Positions 29,151-37,923 of a DNA stretch of 64,000 nt are shown here, in pieces. A model generated the notes under the pieces. It did no database searches, was not told the origin of the DNA, and saw only the letters and a program-made list of their open reading frames with translations. Made by a program: the position numbers and the translations under genes. This stretch comes from Alphaproteobacteria bacterium (lineage in GTDB: Bacteria > Pseudomonadota > Alphaproteobacteria > CBDDJK01), in assembly GCA_045106055.1 (NCBI GenBank), contig JBGCED010000025.1, positions 1,835 to 65,834 of the forward strand. Direction: 5' to 3'. Each line of letters opens with the position of its first letter. Position 1 is the first letter of the stretch.

Positions 29151-30652
29151 ACTTCTTCCGATAATGCGCGTTCAATGATCTGCTTATCGCTAAAAGGCAC
29201 GGATTTTCCATTGCTAATTTGAACGGTTTCATGCCCCTTTCCTGCAACAATCAAGCAATCATCAGCCCCTAATTTGCTGATGGCGTGCCTTATCGCCTTA
29301 GCGCGATCGCCAATTTCGGTTGCATGCTTACATTTTGTCATAATCATGCTGCGAATATGCGCAGGGTCTTCATCGCGTGGATTATCGTCTGTAATGATAA
29401 TATGATCGGCATTTTGCGCGGCGATCTTTCCCATAATTGCGCGTTTTTCCTGATCGCGATTGCCGCCGCAACCAAATACCACATGCAATTTACCCTTAAA
29501 ATATGGGCGCACATCGCCAAGCACCACCGATAGCGCATCTGGTGTATGGGCGTAATCGACAAAGATGCTGCCACCATTCTGGGTCTGCCCAATCCATTCC
29601 ATGCGCCCCGCAACCGCATGAAGCCCGCGCAGATAATGACCGATGGAGGTGGGTGAAAACCCGCTTGCTAGGGCAAGCCCCACGGCAGCAAGCATGTTTT
29701 TAAGCTGGAATCTGCCAATTAACCCAACAAATACATTAAATTTATAGTCTTGCAAGATGCTTAAACTTACCAGCGTTCCTGTTTGCAAGGTTTTATAAGA
29801 AGTGATTTTAAGATCGGCATCCCCTTCATCTTCTGGCAGCGCATAGGTCAGCTTGAATAAATGACGCTGTTTAACTAGCGGGCTTAAATCCTTTTCTGCG
29901 CGCGATCCAGCTTGCAGCACCATACAGCCGCCTGCGACCAGAATATCTGTAAATAAGCGATATTTAGCAGCGCGGTATGTTTCCATATCGCCGTGATAAT
30001 CCAAATGATCATGCGATAGGTTGGTAAAGGCTGCTGCCATAATCTTAATGCCATCAAGGCGATATTGCGCCAATCCATGGCTGGATGCTTCCATCGCCAA
30101 ACATTGAACATCCTTATTTGCAAGCATGGCAAGAATTTGCGCAAGTTCCGCAGGATCAGGCGTGGTTAGCGCATGGTGAAATACAGGCAAATCATTCCCA
30201 AGATGATGGGGGTGGGTAATCACCCCCATCGTGCCAATGCTGGCAGTGGTGCAAGCTTGCATTTCAAAAAGCTGGCGGTAAAATTCAACAACCGAGCTTT
30301 TGCCATTTGTTCCCGTCACGGCAACCACGCGATCAGGCTGGCTTTTCTTGCCCTTGCTGGCAAAATGCCTTGCAAGCAGGCTAAGCACCAATCGCGCATT
30401 TTCAACCTGTATGAATTTACAGTCTTTTGCTGCTTGATGGGCTGCTTGATGAGGTGCTTGATAAGCAGGGCTGGCTTCAAACAGAATCGCGCTTGCCCCT
30501 TTTTCAATGGCTGCATTGATATAATCCGCGCCATTATGGGTGCTGCCTTTAAGGGCAATATAAAGATCGCCAGCTTCAAGATTGCGGCTATCATGGCTGA
30601 TATTGGTGGCTTCAGGCGGCAGTTGCGCGATTAATGCGTTGATGTTAATCAT
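29147..30652 (-). CDS. murE: UDP-N-acetylmuramoyl-L-alanyl-D-glutamate--2,6-diaminopimelate ligase
   Basis: P-loop VTGTNGKSS and the …DNPR… motif; 4-nt overlap with murF. Confidence 0.88.
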   Translation of the reverse strand: MININALIAQLPPEATNISHDSRNLEAGDLYIALKGSTHNGADYINAAIEKGASAILFEASPAYQAPHQAAHQAAKDCKFIQVENARLVLSLLARHFASKGKKSQPDRVVAVTGTNGKSSVVEFYRQLFEMQACTTASIGTMGVITHPHHLGNDLPVFHHALTTPDPAELAQILAMLANKDVQCLAMEASSHGLAQYRLDGIKIMAAAFTNLSHDHLDYHGDMETYRAAKYRLFTDILVAGGCMVLQAGSRAEKDLSPLVKQRHLFKLTYALPEDEGDADLKITSYKTLQTGTLVSLSILQDYKFNVFVGLIGRFQLKNMLAAVGLALASGFSPTSIGHYLRGLHAVAGRMEWIGQTQNGGSIFVDYAHTPDALSVVLGDVRPYFKGKLHVVFGCGGNRDQEKRAIMGKIAAQNADHIIITDDNPRDEDPAHIRSMIMTKCKHATEIGDRAKAIRHAISKLGADDCLIVAGKGHETVQISNGKSVPFSDKQIIERALSEEV

Positions 30653-30655
30653 TTA

Positions 30656-32590
30656 TTACCCTCCATGCCCGTCAAGCGCAATATGAATTGCCTTGGTCAT
30701 TAACGGGTCAAAATCATCTGGATCACTGCCGATAGGATGATAGGGCGCAATCGCATATAGTCCAATCATGGCGTTGATAATTTCTTTTACCAGCGGGGCA
30801 GCCGTCCAGCCACTGGTTGCAAAACCGTGAGTTTCCTTGATGCCCTTGGGTTCATCAATCAGACCATAGACCAAATATTGCGGATCATCCATCGGAAAGG
30901 CAGCAATAAAGCTGTTGCGATTCTTGTTTCCATATTTGCCATCTGCGTTTAATTTTGATGCTGTGCCTGTTTTACCGCCAATATAATAGCCTGGAATCTC
31001 AGCCTTTTTGCCAGAGCCATAAATCATATTAAGCCGCATTAATTGCCGTATTTGGGTTTGGCTTTCAGCGGAAATAAGCGGTTCAAACTTTTTATTTTCA
31101 AAATCTTCTGCGCTTTGCTTTAGCAAGGTTGGCTGCGTATAGCCCTTTGTGCCAATCAAGCCGCCAATGCTTGCAGCAAGCGCCATCGGCGATGTGGCAA
31201 AGCCATGACCATAAGCAATGGAATAAGCCCTTGTTCTGTTCCATGGGGAAAGATAGTTTGCTTGCTTGCAATTGCCAATTTCGCTTGGCGCACAATCGGT
31301 TAGGTGAATGGCGTTAAAAAAATCCTTTTGGGCTGCTGCGCCGACCTTATCCGCCATCAAAGCAGAAGCGATGTTGGACGAAAAAACAAAGGTTTCAGCA
31401 ACATTTAAGGGGCGTTTTTTAGGGTGAAAGTCGCGAATATAATTTCTACCAAGCCGTAAAGGGTTGGTCGCATCATGGATGTCGGTTAATGCGCCATTGC
31501 CGCGATCCAAATAAAGGGCGGTATTGATGATTTTAAGCACTGAACCAAGTTCCAATGCGTCATCAACCATGACATTACGCTGTGCAGGATGATCGGGCGA
31601 AAGCGGGCGATCTGGATCAAAATCAGGCAGCGATATATTGGTTAATATTTCGCCCGTTTTGATGTTCATCACCAGCACCCCACCAGCCAATGCGCTGAAT
31701 TTATCAATATAAGTTCCCAGAATTTGATGTGATTTTGCTTGCAATCTTGTATCAATCGACAGGATAAGGGGTTGATCTGGATGGGCGGTTAAACGCGTTT
31801 CAAAAGCGCGCTCTGCGCCCATCAACCCTTTATGTACATTGATTGTTTTGCCGTCCCTTACAACATCAGCAAAACCAGGATAGCCCACAACATGGCTGGT
31901 GATGGGCTGGGTTAGGGCGCGCGATTCTGATTTTTCCCATGTAAGATGCGGAAAGCCCAGCCCGTGAATGCGCTGATAAAGCGATGGGGCGATTTTGGTA
32001 AAAAGCCTGAAACGGCTTTTTCGATCTTTGATGCGTTCATAAAGCGCGTTAGGGTCAATTTTATCCGCTTTATTTTCAATATCCATATTTAATATTTCAG
32101 CCAAATGCGAGGCAACATATTCTGCGCTATAAAGCGGTTGTTCCTGATAATAGAGATCCCGCGTTTCTAAATTTGATGCAAGCATCATCCCGTTTCGATC
32201 CAAAATATCCGCCCGTTTGCTAATTCTTGGGCGCTCTTTAATTGTTGGCAGCGGTTGTTCTGCGCGAATTCCATAATCTTCGGGGCGCAAATGGCTGGTT
32301 TTCACAATGCCATGTGCGATAAATGCAAATGCAATGAACATCACAAATGCAACCATAAATGCACGCGCCCTTGCTTGTATATGATGGCTGCTAAGGGCGT
32401 TTTTCTTATCGCCTATCCTTGAATCTTCGTCTGCTAGATCTGCAAAATACAGCGCAGAGGCAGCACCATTTTCAGCAGCAAAATCGCCATATTCTGATTG
32501 CCGCGCCTGATCTGGGCCCTGATCCTGATCTTGTTGATCAGAAGAAAGCGTAAAAAAATCAGCAACTGGTTTAAACGGATTATGGGTCAT
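30656..32590 (-). CDS. ftsI: peptidoglycan D,D-transpeptidase FtsI (PBP3) with a roughly 60-aa acidic N-terminal extension
   Basis: SxxK (GSVLK), SSN (FVFSSN) and KTG (GGKTGTA) motifs. A TM follows a DQQDQDQGPDQ-rich N-terminal tail. Confidence 0.85.
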   Translation of the reverse strand: MTHNPFKPVADFFTLSSDQQDQDQGPDQARQSEYGDFAAENGAASALYFADLADEDSRIGDKKNALSSHHIQARARAFMVAFVMFIAFAFIAHGIVKTSHLRPEDYGIRAEQPLPTIKERPRISKRADILDRNGMMLASNLETRDLYYQEQPLYSAEYVASHLAEILNMDIENKADKIDPNALYERIKDRKSRFRLFTKIAPSLYQRIHGLGFPHLTWEKSESRALTQPITSHVVGYPGFADVVRDGKTINVHKGLMGAERAFETRLTAHPDQPLILSIDTRLQAKSHQILGTYIDKFSALAGGVLVMNIKTGEILTNISLPDFDPDRPLSPDHPAQRNVMVDDALELGSVLKIINTALYLDRGNGALTDIHDATNPLRLGRNYIRDFHPKKRPLNVAETFVFSSNIASALMADKVGAAAQKDFFNAIHLTDCAPSEIGNCKQANYLSPWNRTRAYSIAYGHGFATSPMALAASIGGLIGTKGYTQPTLLKQSAEDFENKKFEPLISAESQTQIRQLMRLNMIYGSGKKAEIPGYYIGGKTGTASKLNADGKYGNKNRNSFIAAFPMDDPQYLVYGLIDEPKGIKETHGFATSGWTAAPLVKEIINAMIGLYAIAPYHPIGSDPDDFDPLMTKAIHIALDGHGG

Positions 32591-32594
32591 GGTT

Positions 32595-32939
32595 TTAATT
32601 CTTGAACGCTTGTGTGCTGGGCGCTTGAGCGTAATCTTTTATTCCGTAATGGGTGGTTAATTTATCCAGTGAAAAAATCTGTTCGGGCGTGATTTCAACC
32701 ATGTGCGGCAGAATGCGCGCCGATTTCTCTAAAATACGGCTGGGCGTGGTTAAATATTCCCAATCCCGCTTATAGGCTTCAATCAAGGCGCGCTCTTGTG
32801 CGATTTTGCGGTTAATCTCATTGATTTCGTCTTCAAGCAATTTTGCCTGACGGTTGGTATAGCTTAAAAACACAATCGCCCCCATCAATGCCGCCAAGAT
32901 CAGCCAGTTAAAATGCGCCATTTTGAATTTTTCAAACAT
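32595..32939 (-). CDS. ftsL: FtsL-like cell division protein
   Basis: A 114-aa protein with one N-terminal TM and a coiled coil, lying between rsmH and ftsI. Confidence 0.55.
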   Translation of the reverse strand: MFEKFKMAHFNWLILAALMGAIVFLSYTNRQAKLLEDEINEINRKIAQERALIEAYKRDWEYLTTPSRILEKSARILPHMVEITPEQIFSLDKLTTHYGIKDYAQAPSTQAFKN

Positions 32940-33948
32940 GATGATATGCCTTATTTGCAGCTAAGGGGGCGGGATGATCAATTTTAACCGCAACCCGCAA
33001 TTTTGCCGATCTGGAGCGAATATTTTCACTAAGCTCGTCTTGACTTGCAGTATAAGGCTTGCGGTTAATGATCTTCAAGCTGGGTGTTTTTAACGGGTTT
33101 TCGGGGCGATAGCGTGACCCGCCGCCGCCAATATCGCTATGATGGCGCATAAATTGCTTCACAATGCGATCTTCAAGTGAATGAAAGCTGACCACCAGCA
33201 ATTTGCCATTAATTTTTAGCAGATGAAGCGCTTGCATTAAGGCGGTCTCCAGCTGCTTCAATTCTTGATTAACCGCAATGCGGATTGCTTGAAAACTGCG
33301 GGTTGCGGGATGGATTTGTTTGCCTGATCCTTTTTTGTTGCGGCCGCGCGGCATGATATCCTCAATCAGGCTTGCCAAGGCTTGGGTGGTTGATAATCTT
33401 GTGCCTTGCGCTTTTAATTCCATTTGTTTTTTAACAATGGCAGCCGCAATTTTGCGCGCTTGGCGTTCTTCGCCATAATGATATAGAATATCGGCCAGGG
33501 ACGCTTCATCAATATTTTCCAGCAAATCGGCTGCGCTTTGCCCCGATTGGCTCATCCGCATGTCTAAGGGTCCGTCTTTTGCAAAAGAAAAGCCGCGTTC
33601 CGCTTGATCTAATTGCGGGGAAGACACGCCAAGATCAAATATGATGCCATCAAAACCCGCAAAGTCAGGCGTGTGAATGGATTGAAGCGGGCAAGTGGAA
33701 AGCTGATCCCTCATCTGATCAAAACAGCTTTCAATGCCATAAAATCGTCCGCTAAATTGCGCCGATAACGCATCCATATAAGATAGCGCAGCAGGATCGC
33801 GATCAAAGCCAATCACGCTGCAATGCGCTGCTTCCAGCATGGCTTTGCTATAACCGCCAACCCCAAAGGTTGCATCAATATAATGCCCTTGCGTTTTGCA
33901 TTCCAACTGCTTCATCACATCAGGCAGCATAACGGGGTAATGTTGCAT
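32932..33948 (-). CDS. rsmH: 16S rRNA (cytosine1402-N4)-methyltransferase RsmH/MraW
   Basis: The conserved N-terminus MQHYPVMLPDVM starts at 33948, 10 nt after the mraZ stop, with an AAGGGGA Shine-Dalgarno. SAM motifs (IDATFGVGGYS, …DLGVSSPQLD…) are present. The track ORF extends to 34173 only because the frame has no upstream stop. Confidence 0.88.
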   Translation of the reverse strand: MQHYPVMLPDVMKQLECKTQGHYIDATFGVGGYSKAMLEAAHCSVIGFDRDPAALSYMDALSAQFSGRFYGIESCFDQMRDQLSTCPLQSIHTPDFAGFDGIIFDLGVSSPQLDQAERGFSFAKDGPLDMRMSQSGQSAADLLENIDEASLADILYHYGEERQARKIAAAIVKKQMELKAQGTRLSTTQALASLIEDIMPRGRNKKGSGKQIHPATRSFQAIRIAVNQELKQLETALMQALHLLKINGKLLVVSFHSLEDRIVKQFMRHHSDIGGGGSRYRPENPLKTPSLKIINRKPYTASQDELSENIRSRSAKLRVAVKIDHPAPLAANKAYHHV

Positions 33949-33958
33949 ATTTTTCCCC

Positions 33959-34468
33959 TTATCTGTTTTCATCTTTGCGTAATTGATCAAGCGCAGCCCA
34001 GCCCGCCTCAAGCTGATCTGGATCTGCGGGCGAACAATCTTGAACCCATGCAAGATGGGGTTCGCTTTGGCGAATTTCAAAGGTTTCCCCGCGCCCAACA
34101 AACAAGCATTGCCCCTTAATTTGAGCATGGGTTTGAAATGATTTTGGCAATAAAAACCGCCCCGATTGGTCAAGGCTGATGCGCTGTGCTTTCGCCATAT
34201 AAAAATCTTCCATTATTTTTCGCTGTGCGCTTAAACGCGGCAATCGTGCAATGTCGCGCCCAAGCTGTTCCATATAAGGATGGTCGCATCCTTCCAAATA
34301 ATGGTTGCTGGTGGGCGATGGGTAAAGATAGAAAAATCCAAAAGGATCATCAGGATTTGAAGCCAGCTGGTCTGCCGCTTGAACAAGCCCGACACGATAA
34401 GAAGCAGGCAGCGATACACGCCCCTTGCGATCTAGCTTATTATCATAGCTGCCTGTAAATAACGCCAT
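33959..34468 (-). CDS. mraZ: transcriptional regulator MraZ
   Basis: Two MraZ/SpoVT-AbrB-like repeats (…DxxGRVxLP…) in a 169-aa protein at the first position of the division cluster. Confidence 0.9.
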   Translation of the reverse strand: MALFTGSYDNKLDRKGRVSLPASYRVGLVQAADQLASNPDDPFGFFYLYPSPTSNHYLEGCDHPYMEQLGRDIARLPRLSAQRKIMEDFYMAKAQRISLDQSGRFLLPKSFQTHAQIKGQCLFVGRGETFEIRQSEPHLAWVQDCSPADPDQLEAGWAALDQLRKDENR

Positions 34469-34555
34469 TTTCTGTTTAACCTAATTTAAGCATTCTGCCT
34501 GTTTTTTTATGCTAAATCATTAAACAATTATATGCGTGTAAAGTCAATGATATTT

Positions 34556-34590
34556 ATGGGATTTTATGGTTTTTTAAGGGATTTTATGGG
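34556..34590 (+). promoter_or_regulatory. candidate MraZ operator: four (T/A)(T/A)GG(G/T) direct repeats with an exact 10-bp period (TGGG 34557, TGGT 34567, AGGG 34577, TGGG 34587)
   Basis: Seen directly in the sequence, about 90-120 bp upstream of the mraZ start. E. coli MraZ binds three TGGGN direct repeats at 10-bp spacing in the mra promoter. Confidence 0.45.
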
Positions 34591-34683
34591 CTATTTTGTT
34601 TTTTAGCTTGATTTAGATATCAGAATCGCGTTAAATTTTGATAAGAAGTTTGCTCAAAACAAAATTAATCTAGTCATAATAAA

Positions 34684-34857
34684 ATGAAAACACCAGATGC
34701 CAATCCAGATTCACCCGACTTAAAAACGGATGATGCAAGACCAAAAGCAAAGGGCGCAAAGCCGAAGAAATCACCAGAGAAACAGGCTTTGCTTGCTGCG
34801 CGATTGCGCGAAAATTTAACAAAGCGAAAATCACAAAGCCGCGCCCGCGCAAAATGA
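34684..34857 (+). CDS. small basic hypothetical protein (57 aa: MKTPDANPDSPDLKTDDARPKAKGAKPKKSPEKQALLAARLRENLTKRKSQSRARAK); under 60 aa and therefore absent from the ORF track
   Basis: ATG at 34684 and TGA at 34855-34857 were translated by hand. It is lysine/arginine-rich, with no recognised family. Confidence 0.3.
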   Translation: MKTPDANPDSPDLKTDDARPKAKGAKPKKSPEKQALLAARLRENLTKRKSQSRARAK

Positions 34858-34904
34858 AAGTAAACATATCATAAAATCATATTTTGATTCTATTTGGTTC
34901 AGTG

Positions 34905-35205
34905 CATAAAAAACGCACGGCGTTTAAGCCCGCGACTGCGGGTCGCCAATGGTTTGGCGTAAGCCCGCACGGCGTGTGAGTGCGTAAAAAAATAGCGTGT
35001 TTATTTCAAGCGCACAAGTGTGCGCCATCGCTAGTGCGATGTAAGCCTGCATGGCGTGTGAATGCGTAAAAAAGTTTTAAGCCCGCGACTGCGGGTCGCC
35101 AATAGTTTGGCGTAAGCCTGCACGGCATGTGAGTGCGTAAAAAAACGCACGGCGTGTGAGTGCGTAAAAAAACGCACGGCGTGTGAGTGCATAAAGAGTG
35201 CGCTA
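34905..35205. repeat. REP-like repeat block: a roughly 68-bp unit (ttaagcccgcgactgcgggtcgccaatggtttggcgtaagcccgcacggcgtgtgagtgcgtaaaaaa) at 34925-34992 and 35077-35145; a 27-bp unit acgcacggcgtgtgagtgcgtaaaaaa repeated in tandem at 35146-35199; and the perfect palindrome gcgcacaagtgtgcgc at 35010-35025
   Basis: Seen directly in the sequence. It shares the core ggcgtgtgag(c/t)gcgtaa with the 8.4-kb block in the opposite orientation, and both carry a GC hairpin with a 4-nt actg/gact loop. Confidence 0.85.
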
Positions 35206-36846
35206 TAAATTAGCAGCGGCAATTAATGTTTTTGTGTAAGCATGTCGGGGCTGGGTTAGAATTTGCTGTGCAGCGCCAATTTCAACACATTTTCCATGCT
35301 GCATCACCATAATATCATCCGCCATGGCGCGAATAACTGCAATATCATGGCTGACAATCATATAGGTTAAATCATGTTTTTGCTGTATATCCAGCAATAA
35401 TCTAATCAGTTTAAGCTGGGTTTTGACATCCATTGCCGAAGTTGGCTCGTCTAAAATCATAAATTTAGGTCTTAAAACAAGCCCGCGTGCAATCGCAATC
35501 CGTTGACGCTGCCCGCCTGAAAATTCATGGGGATAGCGATATTGCATATTAGGATCAAGCCCAACTTCTTGTAAAATTTCCGATACGCAGTCGCTTTGGG
35601 CTTGCGGCGATAAATGCGGTTGATGCAGCACCAGCCCCTCCAAAATAATTTGTGCGATGGTCATGCGCGGGCTTAAACTGCCATAAGGGTCTTGAAAAAT
35701 TTGCTGCATGTCTTTTCGCAAATTGCGCAAAGATTTACCGCCAAGATTCGTGATATTTTGACCATCAAATAGGATATTGCCTTCTGCTTGAATTAATTTC
35801 AAAATGGCAAGGCTTAGGCTGGTTTTGCCAGATCCAGATTCGCCAACAACCCCAAGCGTATGCCCGCGTTTGATTGAGATGTGAATATCATCAAGCGCCT
35901 TAATGCTGGTAAGCGGTTTTCCAAACAAAGCGCGCTTCAGCACATAGCTTAAACTTAAATGCTGCGTTTCCACCATTGGCGGCGAATGCTGCATTGTGCC
36001 TTGATCTAATGGGGCTGGGGAGTGGCGCGGGGGCGGGGTTGAGTTTAACAATTCCTTGCTATAGGCATGGATGGGCTTTGCGAAAAAATCGGCGCAAGAT
36101 TGCGCTTCAATCAGCTTTCCTTGCTGCATGACCAGCACATGATCCGCCAATTTGCGCACCAATTTAAGATCATGGGTAATAAACAGCATTGATAGGTTCA
36201 TTTGCCGCTTTAAATCTGCCAATAGATCAAGAATTTGGGCTTGGGTGGTGACATCAAGCGCGGTTGTTGGCTCGTCTGCGATTAATAAATCGGGTTTATT
36301 GGCAAGCGCCATTGCGATCATAATCCGTTGCCGCTGCCCGCCAGAAAGCTGATGGGGATAGGATAGATAACGATCTTGGGGATGATCAATCCCGACCTGT
36401 TCCATCAGCGCAATCACACGCTGTTTGATTTTTGCAGCGGGCAGCTTGTTATGAATGGAAATGGCTTCGGCAATTTGCTTGCCTACACGATGAAGCGGAT
36501 TAAGCGAGGTCATGGGTTCTTGAAAAATCATCGCCATGCGATTTCCGCGCAAATGGCGAACCGCCGCGCTTGATCCAGGATAAAGCGTTTGATCTGCAAA
36601 TTTTATCTGCCCCGCCGCCATTTCAACGCCGCTTCCCCCAAGCAATCGCATAATGGCAAGCGCGGTTAAGGATTTTCCAGACCCTGATTCGCCAACCAAG
36701 GCAACGGTTTGCCCCGCTTCAATCTTAAAGCCAATATGATCCACCAGCATGGTTTCATTTGCTTTTAAGGTCAAATCTTGAACATCAAGCGTGATATTGG
36801 CGGGCGGGGAAATAGGGTTTTTGATCATAATATCAAATCTTACCAT
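35203..36846 (-). CDS. yejF: ABC transporter ATPase with two fused NBDs (YejF/DppDF-like)
   Basis: Two Walker A sites (GESGSGKS x2) and two LSGGQRQR signatures in a 547-aa protein. Confidence 0.85.
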   Translation of the reverse strand: MVRFDIMIKNPISPPANITLDVQDLTLKANETMLVDHIGFKIEAGQTVALVGESGSGKSLTALAIMRLLGGSGVEMAAGQIKFADQTLYPGSSAAVRHLRGNRMAMIFQEPMTSLNPLHRVGKQIAEAISIHNKLPAAKIKQRVIALMEQVGIDHPQDRYLSYPHQLSGGQRQRIMIAMALANKPDLLIADEPTTALDVTTQAQILDLLADLKRQMNLSMLFITHDLKLVRKLADHVLVMQQGKLIEAQSCADFFAKPIHAYSKELLNSTPPPRHSPAPLDQGTMQHSPPMVETQHLSLSYVLKRALFGKPLTSIKALDDIHISIKRGHTLGVVGESGSGKTSLSLAILKLIQAEGNILFDGQNITNLGGKSLRNLRKDMQQIFQDPYGSLSPRMTIAQIILEGLVLHQPHLSPQAQSDCVSEILQEVGLDPNMQYRYPHEFSGGQRQRIAIARGLVLRPKFMILDEPTSAMDVKTQLKLIRLLLDIQQKHDLTYMIVSHDIAVIRAMADDIMVMQHGKCVEIGAAQQILTQPRHAYTKTLIAAANL

Positions 36847-37923
36847 TTAGCTTTCAAAATTTTGACGGTGATTCTTGCGTGGATCAAACGCATCACGCGT
36901 TGCCTCGCCAACAAAGACCAACAGGGTTAATAGAACAGATATGGCAAAAAAGCCAGAAAGACCAAGCCAAGGCGCAGATAGATTTTCTTTTCCCTGCTTT
37001 AGTAATTCGCCCAAGGATGCAGAGCCTGCGGGCAAGCCAAAGCCAATAAAATCCAAGGCGGTTAAGGTGGTGATGGATGCGGTTGCGATAAAGGGCAGAA
37101 AAGTTAGGCTTGCAACCGATGCATTTGGCAAAATATGCGACCAAATAATGCGGCGATCAGCAATGCCCAATGCCTTGGCAGCGCGCACATAATCAAAATT
37201 ACGCACCCTTAATGTTTCCGCACGCACCAGCCCAACCAACGCAGGCCAGCCCATTAAAATCATCAAGCCAAGCAGCCATGAAAAATTGGGCTGAACAATG
37301 CTGGATAAAATAATCAGCAGATAAAGGGTTGGCAATGCGCCCCATACCTCGATCAAGCGCTGCCCAAATAAATCGGTAAGCCCGCCAAAATAGCCTTGAA
37401 CCACCCCGACCATCAACCCAATGATCGAGCTGAAAAAAGTCAAAGCAAGCCCAAATTGCAGCGATATTTTCATGCCATGAATAAGGCGTGCCGCAACATC
37501 GCGTGCTTGATCGTCGGTGCCAAGCCAATGTTTGCTGTCTGGCGGGGTGGGGGCGGGCGCATCAAGATCAAAAGACGGGCTTATATAACCATAGGGGATG
37601 GGCGGCCATAGCATCCAGCCTTTGGCTTTAATTAAATCTTGGACAAAAGGATCTGTGTAAACCGCTTCGGTTGGAAAATCCCCGCCATAGGCTGTCTCGG
37701 GGATGGATTGATAAATGGGCATATATAATGCACCGTCAAACCAAACCAAAATCGGCTTATCATTTGCAATAAAATCGGCACACATGCTGATGATGAACAA
37801 AAAGCAAAATAGGATAAAGGCGCTAAAGCCAACCTTGTTGCGCCTAAATCGCTGCAAGCGTTTGCGTGTTAGCGGCGTTGGTTGCAGCTGGGTTAGAAAG
37901 CGATGAAGCGCATTTTTCATCAC
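36847..37923 (-). CDS. yejE: ABC transporter permease (DppC/YejE-like)
   Basis: BPD-transporter inner-membrane component, 358 aa, directly upstream of the fused ATPase. Confidence 0.82.
   Translation of the reverse strand: MMKNALHRFLTQLQPTPLTRKRLQRFRRNKVGFSAFILFCFLFIISMCADFIANDKPILVWFDGALYMPIYQSIPETAYGGDFPTEAVYTDPFVQDLIKAKGWMLWPPIPYGYISPSFDLDAPAPTPPDSKHWLGTDDQARDVAARLIHGMKISLQFGLALTFFSSIIGLMVGVVQGYFGGLTDLFGQRLIEVWGALPTLYLLIILSSIVQPNFSWLLGLMILMGWPALVGLVRAETLRVRNFDYVRAAKALGIADRRIIWSHILPNASVASLTFLPFIATASITTLTALDFIGFGLPAGSASLGELLKQGKENLSAPWLGLSGFFAISVLLTLLVFVGEATRDAFDPRKNHRQNFES

Noticed and set aside
1197-30634. Numerous 60-150-aa ORFs antisense or out of frame within large genes (for example 1197-1466, 2088-2357, 8752-9156, 10153-10482, 22342-22710, 30173-30634)
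   Set aside because: They are nested in strongly supported CDSs, have biased Arg/Pro/Ser-rich composition typical of opposite-strand reading, and lack independent signals.
33949-34173. 5' extension of the rsmH ORF overlapping mraZ
   Set aside because: The frame merely stays open upstream. The conserved RsmH N-terminus (MQHYPVML) and a Shine-Dalgarno place the start at 33948, right after the mraZ stop.
35146-35199. Possible CRISPR array (tandem about 27-29-bp direct repeats)
   Set aside because: The repeat units abut one another without unique spacers and belong to the dispersed REP-like family also present at 8.4 kb. No cas genes are present.
35031-35222. 63-aa minus-strand ORF with FTHSHAVRF repeats
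   Set aside because: It is the in-frame translation of the tandem 27-bp DNA repeats next to the yejF stop. It has no start context and no coding signal, so it is a repeat artefact.
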